A stretch of DNA of 59,005 nt, counting the filler, from Stramenopiles sp. TOSAG23-2 (lineage: Eukaryota), in NCBI GenBank assembly GCA_900128395.1. It is 3 parts of 3 records of this genome, joined end to end, with 100 filler letters (N's around TTAATTAATTAA, not from the genome) between each part and the next. Parts side by side here need not be neighbours in the genome. Positions count along the whole stretch, not along the records: positions 39,453 to 59,005 come from LT649579.1; 2 more parts are not named here. One strand, given 5' to 3'. Below are positions 45,101 to 53,863 of the stretch, one piece after another (positions within the stretch are counted from its first letter, which is position 1; every line of letters begins with the position of its first letter). The notes under the pieces are model-generated. The model was not told the origin of the DNA. It made no database searches and saw only the letters and a list, made by a program, of their open reading frames with translations. The position numbers and the translations under genes were made by a program.

Positions 45101-45905
45101 GCACTATGTGCTAATTATTTATAATATATTTCGTTTGACGTGGACATGTACAGCTAAAATAAAAAATGGATAGCCAGATAGCCATGTGCAAGGGCACCAA
45201 GTTGTCGATTTTAGAGGCAAAAAAATTTGTCGTTTTTTCATAGAGGCCGTTCAGCACTTTTTGGGAGGAAAATGCTAGATTAATAGGAGGATTTGGTTAA
45301 TATGTTATACACTATCAAGTACATACTTCAAAATGGCTATTTTATTAAGGGAAATGATATTCATCAGTTTCTCTCCTCGATGCTATTCCCCTGTAAAATA
45401 ATTTTCCAGATTTCTGCCAAGTATATACCGTACCTTCGCTTCGCTCAGTTTTTGTACTTGTACATAAACTGAGCGTGGCCGTAGAAGGTACGCCCTATCA
45501 TGGGTTTAGTCCTGGCCGTATAATATAAGCTTACGTATAATATATTACACCTATACCTGTGTATATGTTAAAAATTGTTGTGATTTTAATAAAACCTTGA
45601 AACACTTATTTATGCTTATCGGATTAGCACATTATTAGTCTATATTATATGGTACATATATTATATTATTATAAATATTATTATTATTTAGTAAAATTAG
45701 TAATAGCAACAATAGTTAGTTATACCAAAAAAAACATATGTAAGAGATAAGATAAAAATATAAAATACATTTTCAAAGACTGTATATATATATAATATAT
45801 ATATAGATCATTTATCAAAGTATATTAAGATATTTTTATTCAAATAAAAATAGCAATTATTAAACAACCCCGTTATATTACATAAACACACACAAAATAA
45901 TAATA

Positions 45906-47354
45906 ATGACATCAGTCACTAATAATAATAATATAAATCTTTCCAGTTTTGTTTATCAAAAGACAATATCGAAACAATCACCTGGTATACGGAAATTATT
46001 AGGTACTATTGACAATGAACAAGCCATTGTGACGCTTAAAATGCCAAGCTTCAACGATAATGGTGATAATGACATGGATGTGGTAGATTTAATCAAATCA
46101 GGAAAAATTAATGATTTATTATTATCAAATGAAGAATATAATATGTATCATTTAGTAGCAAATAGTAATAGCGAGAATAACTTTCCTTTTGTGCTTGAAG
46201 TCATATGCCCAGCAAATGATTTTCATATCGAAAAGCATACAGATAAAGAATTCATTTTTGTGCGTGAGACCGAGGAGATGTACCGGGATATGACCACCGT
46301 TTATTTGGAAAACCATGCAGATGAACATTTAAAACAAATCCAATGGTTATTAAATATTTTAAATGGAAAAAGTGAACAAGATACGATTATTTATAAAAAT
46401 GAAGATCCATCAAATGGTTTCGTACTTTTACCAAATATGTATTGGAGAAGTGGAAATACGAATAAACCGGATTTAAATAGCCTGCATTGTTTAGCAATTG
46501 TAAATACCTTTGGTTTAAAAAGTATTCGCGACTTGACTGGTACACATTTAACATTGTTGAGAAATATTAAGAAAGAAGGAACAAAAGCCATCGTTGAGAA
46601 ATATGGCGTTGCTGAAAATCAATTACGTATTTATTTTCATTATTTACCATCATTTTATCATTTACATGTTCATTTCGCGCACATTAATAACAATATGATG
46701 TCAGGATGCAATATTGAACGCGCTATCTTTTTAGACGATGTCATTGAAATGTTAGAAGAAAATACAAATGCAACGATTGAAAAGACAATGACATTTGGAT
46801 TATCTACTAGCCATGACTTATATCATTATGTCACTACATATTTAAGTTTGCCTTCACCTTTGAAACGTATGTCAAAAGGAATAAAACATGCAAAAGATTC
46901 ATTAAAACTTGATCGTATGAAAGATTTTAAACGTAAGGGTGAGGATGATAGTGAGGGTGGTGGTAGTAATGGTGGAAGTAAAAGAGGTTCATCCCCTTTA
47001 GGTAGAAGTGTCTCTTCCAATATCGACGATGATGATGATAATAATAATAATAACAAGAATGTATCCTCTGCAATTGCGGCTTCCAAGTTTAATACACCAG
47101 AAGCTAATAAAATATTACCAAAACATTTACGTGGTATTGGTGGAAAAATCACAAATGCAACAGATAGTTTAAAATTAAACAGAACAAAGGATGTGAAAAG
47201 AATACAAAAACCAGCAGCAACGAATATATTAAAATCAGAAACAATAAGCCCAAGTACTCGTCGATCTAAAATAAGCAGTTCAGTTGATAGTTTAAAAATA
47301 ACACGGAAAAAAGACATTAAACGTATACCAAATACAAAGGAAATATTTAAATAA
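45906..47354 (+). CDS. DCPS: Scavenger mRNA decapping enzyme (m7GpppX diphosphatase) with a C-terminal extension
   Basis: VICPA...HIEK, VRET, W..NIL.GKSE, GFVLLP..W, KSIRDL...HL.LL, HIT-type FHYLPSFYHLHVHF, RA..LDDVIE.L. Confidence 0.92.
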   Translation: MTSVTNNNNINLSSFVYQKTISKQSPGIRKLLGTIDNEQAIVTLKMPSFNDNGDNDMDVVDLIKSGKINDLLLSNEEYNMYHLVANSNSENNFPFVLEVICPANDFHIEKHTDKEFIFVRETEEMYRDMTTVYLENHADEHLKQIQWLLNILNGKSEQDTIIYKNEDPSNGFVLLPNMYWRSGNTNKPDLNSLHCLAIVNTFGLKSIRDLTGTHLTLLRNIKKEGTKAIVEKYGVAENQLRIYFHYLPSFYHLHVHFAHINNNMMSGCNIERAIFLDDVIEMLEENTNATIEKTMTFGLSTSHDLYHYVTTYLSLPSPLKRMSKGIKHAKDSLKLDRMKDFKRKGEDDSEGGGSNGGSKRGSSPLGRSVSSNIDDDDDNNNNNKNVSSAIAASKFNTPEANKILPKHLRGIGGKITNATDSLKLNRTKDVKRIQKPAATNILKSETISPSTRRSKISSSVDSLKITRKKDIKRIPNTKEIFK

Positions 47355-47797
47355 GAGAGAGAGAGAGAAAGGATAAAAAGCTCTTTTTTTATACAACTAG
47401 TACTAGCACACCAGCACACTATCATCATACTTAAAATATGCATCATCATTATGAATAAGTAATACGTACATAATTAATGCAAAATAACTTATTTTTATTA
47501 CTTCGTATATAAATTTATACTCATGATAATTCCTATGATACTCTCCAGAAAGAATACATAATAACTGAAACAATAATATCTAACACTAAACTGAAAGATG
47601 GACAATGAATCTTCGTAACATTGCGATACAGAGTTCATTGAAATCCACAGAGTGTATGTACCAATATGTTTTAAAGAATATAAAAACATTGGTGGAGAGG
47701 TAAATAGATCATTATTGAATATATATGAATAAGAGAATTTTTCATATTGATGGTTAAAATCTACGCGTACTTCGTAAAAGTTATAATCATAAAATAA

Positions 47798-48874
47798 TTA
47801 TAATTTACTCTTTATTTTATTACTAATGTCACTATCATTCAATTCACCTAATGCTACACCGAGAGGCCATTGTGCTCTTAATACATTGTCACTACTGCCA
47901 ATATCAAATGAAGTTGCAAAAAAAAATGTTGCACTACTGCTAAACATATTCAATAAACCATCAACAATTACCGTTAATGGTCTTCTTGCCTCTGCAAAAA
48001 AACTTAATGATGATTCTGTTCTCCCTTTTTTCCCACTGTTTAAATTAATCTTATTATCTTTACCTTCCACTAAAGACAACGTTTGAAAATGTTGTGTAAT
48101 AAGTTGCACCGCTTCACGTTTCGGCACTAAGCGATCCGCTAAACCTGCTTCTTTTCCTATACTGCCAGCTAATTCGATCACTACAAATGTACCGCGTATT
48201 TTAAAATTTGGCGATTCATCTTTGATTAATTGCCACATTGAATTCTCTAAGCTTGCATATTTATCAGTAGGTGAATCGCTTAAACGATTCATGGTACCAA
48301 TCAAATCAGTTCGAAACGATAAAAATTTATCCTCCTTAGTAGAAAGATCATTATAAGCTACTTGGGAGGAGCTGCCACCACATGACAAGACACCAATAGA
48401 ACCGCTTCCAGATCTACCACCTGTAAAAATAGGAATGGCGCCAGGCAATGCATGCTTTGCTATGTATCGCACAGCAGCTAATTCCAATTCAGCTTCTTCT
48501 GCACCAGAATATTGAACAAATTTTGCATTTTCAAATTGTCTATGTAAAATTTCTTTGAATCGTTCTACTTGACTGTATGTTACAATTCCTTCATCTAGCG
48601 CTTTACGTAAGCCACCCGTTGCTCCTACAGTCAAATTCATGGAGCTGAAATAATCTGGGCGACTTATGTTTGAGTCTAATTTCTCCAATGCATTTTTTAA
48701 ATCTTCTATAAATAGCTCTTGCTTGTCCTTTGATAAAGCAATGGCAAGGGTTGGTATTATGCCTGATGGAATATAAAGATCTTCATGAATGTATCCATCA
48801 TTATGATATGAATATTTCGACAACCTAGAAGAGCCTGATCCACAATCAATTACATATACAGGCTGATTATTCAT
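47798..48874 (-). CDS. GDA1/CD39 (apyrase/NTPDase)-like ASKHA-fold protein, soluble and divergent
   Basis: ACR1 VIDCGSGSSR, ACR2 GATGGLR, ACR3 SGAEEA, ACR4-like SCGGSSSQ, ACR5 WPLG. Confidence 0.75.
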   Translation of the reverse strand: MNNQPVYVIDCGSGSSRLSKYSYHNDGYIHEDLYIPSGIIPTLAIALSKDKQELFIEDLKNALEKLDSNISRPDYFSSMNLTVGATGGLRKALDEGIVTYSQVERFKEILHRQFENAKFVQYSGAEEAELELAAVRYIAKHALPGAIPIFTGGRSGSGSIGVLSCGGSSSQVAYNDLSTKEDKFLSFRTDLIGTMNRLSDSPTDKYASLENSMWQLIKDESPNFKIRGTFVVIELAGSIGKEAGLADRLVPKREAVQLITQHFQTLSLVEGKDNKINLNSGKKGRTESSLSFFAEARRPLTVIVDGLLNMFSSSATFFFATSFDIGSSDNVLRAQWPLGVALGELNDSDISNKIKSKL

Positions 48875-49250
48875 ATTGTGTTGTGTATTTTGTACATATG
48901 TCAGTGTATCGATCGAATGCTTGTCTAACTATATATATATGTTTGCCAGTTTGTTACATGTGCATGTAGATGATGATTGCCAGGATTGCCCAGGATTTAG
49001 TAGATTATTGAAATTAAAATCATCATCCCTATTCCGAAATGCTGATGCTATTATAATGCTAGCTCTTACCAGCAAAAGGCTATAATATATTACAATAACA
49101 ATACCAGGTACCCACCACCAAATAATAAAAAAGATACCGAAGGCCGAGTGCCCGAGAAGAAGATTTATTAAAAAACAAAACATAGATTAGTACCAAAGAA
49201 TACACACAGATATATTGTATACAAAATCAAAAATATTTACAATACAAAAT

Positions 49251-49772
49251 ATGTTTTCAATTGTTGCGAAAAGAGCTTTTACTGTTGCGGCTACTGTTGG
49301 TGGAGCTGCTGCATTTACTACATATAATACTAATTATAATAATAATAATAATAACAAATTTTTAAGAGCACATTGTCAAGTACCATGTGGAATTTATGAT
49401 GACTCTGGGCGTATTGATACATTGAAAGAAGATGCAACCACGATCAAAAAGGCTATGGACAGTGTGAAAAATATGGGAGGAAGTTACGAAGAAGATCCAA
49501 AAAATTTAAACCAAGCAGTAAGATGGATTAATACAAAGGAGCAACATGCAAGCCATATTATCACGACGGTTTCGGAATACTTCTTGACTCAAAAAGTGAA
49601 AGATGTCGGAAAATCAGATGCAAACTATGATGATTATTTAATTGCACTTGCATTGCATCATAAAGTCATGCGATTAGCAATGAAAGCAAAGCAAACAATG
49701 GATCCAAAGGTAGCAGATGAATTACAACATGCTATTGGACATCTTGGAGCATATTATGGAAAGTCAAGTTAA
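49251..49772 (+). CDS. sodN: Nickel superoxide dismutase precursor with a 40-aa N-terminal presequence
   Basis: Nickel hook HCQVPCGIYDD at 49371; NQAVRWINTKEQHA, YFLTQ, AMKAKQ. Confidence 0.95.
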   Translation: MFSIVAKRAFTVAATVGGAAAFTTYNTNYNNNNNNKFLRAHCQVPCGIYDDSGRIDTLKEDATTIKKAMDSVKNMGGSYEEDPKNLNQAVRWINTKEQHASHIITTVSEYFLTQKVKDVGKSDANYDDYLIALALHHKVMRLAMKAKQTMDPKVADELQHAIGHLGAYYGKSS

Positions 49773-49995
49773 CAAAAAATGAAAAATTATGGACTTTGAC
49801 AAACATATATTTAAAAATATAAGATGGTTAAAATCTATGATATCATATTAGATATGATTAAAGTTATCATATTTATCATATAAAATAATTTTACTTCCTA
49901 TAAAATGATGGTTTAATATGCATGCAAGATGCATATATATATATATGTATCTTTAATCACAACAAAATATTATTACCAACGTGTAATATATATAT

Positions 49996-50026
<31 letters not shown>

Positions 50027-50576
50027 AAGACAGACAGAGTTGAAATGTAATATTTTTTGTTAAATTTTATATTAATACATAACACACGGGAAGTGTGTAA
50101 AATTATTATAACTTTAGATTTTAACCAAATATTTAATACGAGTACAAAAGTAAATATAAAAATATTTATAACGCACACAAAGTTTTTCTAATTTGTATAC
50201 ATACTCTTGACACTTGACGGTGCACGAGAATTGAAAATATTTTACACATACGCACGCTTTCATACACACAAAATTTTTTTATATGATTTTATATATAATA
50301 TTATAATATAAAATCTTTTATGACATGCATATTGATATTAGATTTTATAAAAAAATTACATAATGTCTACTACGTACTTCATTTATCTCGTCGTATATAT
50401 TATATATATAATATATATATATACTATTTTTGCACAATTGCACACTCTACTGCTGCCGCTCATCACAATGATTAAGCTAAAATATGTGTATGTAATCTTT
50501 TCTTATACCAACAATCACATTTAACATCTCCTCATTTCCCCCCATGTGATGATATCATACTCTCTATAAATTTTTT

Positions 50577-51233
50577 TTAAGCATTCACTTGAGTTGTATT
50601 ATTATTATTATTATTATTATCATTATTTCCGGTTTCTTTATTATTGCCTTCTGCTGATTTGCCACGATTCTTTTTCTTTTTCTTCTTCTTTTTCTTCTTC
50701 TTTTTACCAGTTCCTTGTTGACCAGCATCGTTTGCAGCCTCCATAACCTTTTCATCTTTTGTTTCATTTGCATTTACAGTTACTTCTGGTGCAGGTGGAT
50801 TAGACTCGGTTTTGGTAGAAGCTGTCTCTTCTTCCTTTTTCAAATTTTGCTTTGCTTTTTCTTCGTCTTCGCGTTTTTTCTTAGCAGCTAATTCATCTTG
50901 TTCTTTCTTTAAACGTGCTGCTTCCAATTGTTTTGCTTTTTCTTCGTCTTCGCGTTTTTTCTTAGCAGCTAATTCATCTTGTTCTTTCTTTAAACGTGCT
51001 GCTTCCAATTGTTTTGCTTTTTCTTCGTCTTCGCGTTTTTTCTTAGCAGCTAATTCAGCTTCTTCACGTTTCTTTGCAGCTAATTCAGCCTTTGCTGCTA
51101 CTTCCGCTTCTGCTTTCTTAGCTGCTAATGCTGCGTTTTCATTTGCAGCACTTGCATTATTTTCTCCATCTTTAAAACCGACAGTTGGTAAGGTATCATC
51201 AACTGCATCGTCTTTTGAACACATAGAACCCAT
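50577..51233 (-). CDS. Putatively dual-acylated (MGxxCS) protein with Lys/Glu/Ala-rich helical repeats and a poly-Lys tail
   Basis: MGSMCSK start; 27-aa repeat ELAAKKKREDEEKAKQLEAARLKKEQD; long Lys run. Confidence 0.75.
   Translation of the reverse strand: MGSMCSKDDAVDDTLPTVGFKDGENNASAANENAALAAKKAEAEVAAKAELAAKKREEAELAAKKKREDEEKAKQLEAARLKKEQDELAAKKKREDEEKAKQLEAARLKKEQDELAAKKKREDEEKAKQNLKKEEETASTKTESNPPAPEVTVNANETKDEKVMEAANDAGQQGTGKKKKKKKKKKKKNRGKSAEGNNKETGNNDNNNNNNNTTQVNA
50847..51056. repeat. 81-bp coding tandem repeat, about 2.6 copies
   Basis: gctttttcttcgtcttcgcgttttttcttagcagctaattca recurs at 81-bp spacing. Confidence 0.9.
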
Positions 51234-52039
51234 GTTGTTAATTTTTGTTGTTATATTATTGTATTATTTGAGATAGTACTATTTTGTTATATATATGTAA
51301 GTGTGTATCATCAAATATATATCTTCTTCTATCGATATATCTATACAATATATATCATCTATTTTTTTGTGGATAGCTAGCCCATAAGTTCATAAGTGTT
51401 GCAAGTGTGGTGGGTGTATTGTATAATATTTAAGGCGGCGTAAGTAGCACAGTATACGAATAGCATAGCGGTGGTTTCCTAAAACGGCGACGTTTTTCTA
51501 AATTATAAGAAAGCCAGGAAAGCCTAGCTTGGTTGGTGTACAATGATGCTATTTACCTGTTATTTTATAATAGTCGATTTAGAATCCTTCCGGCTCCTTT
51601 GTATTTGCTAAGGATTGCCTGGATTGTAATTGCCAGATTGCTGGATGCTGGATAGCTGGATAGCTGGATAGCCAGGATAGCTCTAGCTGGATAGCCAGAA
51701 TATAAGATGCATCACAGATTGCTGGATTGCCAGATTATTGCCACAATAAAAATAATAATCGGTAGGGAGTGTGCTGGCCGGCTGGGGTGCAATAATAAAT
51801 GCAGCGTGCAAATATATATAAATACTACTGTACAACATATAAGGCACTAAGCTATATTTAATATAAATATGGCACAAGGCCACATATGATACTAATATGT
51901 ATATTAATAATATAATTTCAATAATACAAACTGGAAATAATAATAGTCACATAATTAATACTATTATCAAAAGAGAAAGAAAAAAAAGCAGAAGTATAAT
52001 AATAAATTATAAAAGAATATTTTAAAAATAACAAAAAAC

Positions 52040-53371
52040 ATGTTTAATACTGTTACAACAAAAACGGTTCAAATTAGTTTTATTATTGCAATAGCAACAA
52101 CTGCAATAATATCAGTATTGTCACAATCAACACCAACAGAATTATGTGCGAATCCATTATTTATGAATCCTAGTGAATATGGTGCTGATACTAATGGTCC
52201 TTTCAATTCAAAAGTTTTACAATTACCTGGGATGGACAAACCGCAAGCATATCCAGCATCGGATGGTGGTACATGTGCATATTTTGTTGGCAATCCGTCT
52301 ACTTGTTGCAGTCCTGATACACTACAAGCTATTATTAAAGCATTTACAGACGCAGAACAAGTTATTAAAACAGCTGAAGCGGAAATATCCAAAGATAAAA
52401 ATCCTGTATCAAATGCTGTCATGACCTCCGTTGAAAGTATTGGTAAAATAATATGCGAAGCTGGGAGTAAAATAATACCAGGTCTTGAAGGGAAATGCAA
52501 GCAATATACTGATACTGTCGCTAAATATTCAAAAATATTTACACAAGATTCATATGATATTGTTGAAGCACAAACAAAATGTGCTGAAGCAGTCACTGCA
52601 TATGCAGAAGGTCTAGTATGTTTTGCATGTACAGTGAATTTCAAGGATTATGTCGATTTAGAAAAAAAAGTTATTAAAATTTCTACTAGAACATGTGATG
52701 GTATTTACGACCAATGCGAAACTGCTGTACAAAAAACAGTGGTACAACTATTGCAACATATACAAGATTTTGTTGAAGAAATTATTCAAATTTTCGCTGG
52801 GACAAGTGCAAAAGGGTTCCCAAAAGTATCAGAGTTCCCAGATATGTGTGGTGGCACAGTATCTAAACCCGGTGATTGTAAAGCGTTTGTATGTGATATC
52901 ATGTTAGACGGTTTCGTGACCTCTCAATGGTTGAATTGGGATCGATTAAAGCCATCATCCAGTGTATTGCATACTAATCGTCGTTTAATTGCAGAATCTA
53001 AAACTGCAGGGAAAAAATTAAAAACGGAAAATGATGTTGCAGAATTTGTTCATTTCCATTTAACAACACAACATAGGCATTTAGCAGAACATGTTACTAA
53101 TGAATATACTAAGCTATCTGCATCAACATCACATAATGAATACACAGCAAGTGGATTCGATGCATATACTGTAGGGTGTGCTAATTCAGGCGTTCAGTGT
53201 GGTGGTTTGCCAACATGGGCGGTAGTCTGTGCATTAGTAGGTGGTGCAATGATTATTATTGCAACTGCATTTATTGCTGTAAAACGATGTAAGAACAAAC
53301 AATCAGGTAGAAATGGTGCAAGTTTATTAGGTGGCAACGGAGCAACTAGTAGTGCCTATAGTGCTATATAA
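52040..53371 (+). CDS. Cys-rich type I membrane protein with a folate-receptor/NPC1-NTD-like Cys pattern
   Basis: Signal peptide; C..F...TCCS, C.......LVCFAC and TCDGIYDQC; C-terminal TM segment followed by KR. Confidence 0.65.
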   Translation: MFNTVTTKTVQISFIIAIATTAIISVLSQSTPTELCANPLFMNPSEYGADTNGPFNSKVLQLPGMDKPQAYPASDGGTCAYFVGNPSTCCSPDTLQAIIKAFTDAEQVIKTAEAEISKDKNPVSNAVMTSVESIGKIICEAGSKIIPGLEGKCKQYTDTVAKYSKIFTQDSYDIVEAQTKCAEAVTAYAEGLVCFACTVNFKDYVDLEKKVIKISTRTCDGIYDQCETAVQKTVVQLLQHIQDFVEEIIQIFAGTSAKGFPKVSEFPDMCGGTVSKPGDCKAFVCDIMLDGFVTSQWLNWDRLKPSSSVLHTNRRLIAESKTAGKKLKTENDVAEFVHFHLTTQHRHLAEHVTNEYTKLSASTSHNEYTASGFDAYTVGCANSGVQCGGLPTWAVVCALVGGAMIIIATAFIAVKRCKNKQSGRNGASLLGGNGATSSAYSAI

Positions 53372-53863
53372 TATATATATATATATGATATGTGTTCCAC
53401 ATGTGAATAGTGTACATGTTATCAATAGGAAGAATATCTTTTCGAGAGAGAAAGTGAAAAAAGGTATGGATGATGATAATAATTATATATAATATTTTCT
53501 TCTAGTAAAGCAGTTGCTAAAAAAAGTAATCCTATTATCATCGTTGGCCTGGCCAATACTATAATGTAATAAATAAAACAGCACACTATTGAATCTCCTT
53601 TTATTATACAGGTATTTTATAATAAACACCCCACAAATAATATAATACCAACATATTCTAATATTTGAATTTTTTTCATTCACTGTTTTGTATAACTGGT
53701 AATACTAGTTTATATTTTTATTAATGTTAATACATTCTATATACATATATTTATACCTAGATTTACATATAATTTATTTACGTACAATTCAACCGGGAAT
53801 AGGAAGATAAGAAATTATTTACATAACAGAGATATATATTCATCAGAAAAAAAAATAAAAAGC

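Noticed and set aside
32361-47354. PCIF1 and DcpS as a linked mRNA-cap metabolism cluster
   Set aside because: They lie on different contigs separated by an artificial spacer.
47541-47699. Possible SECIS or multibranch RNA between DcpS and the apyrase-like gene
   Set aside because: The stems are short and AT-rich, and neither flanking gene has an in-frame TGA.
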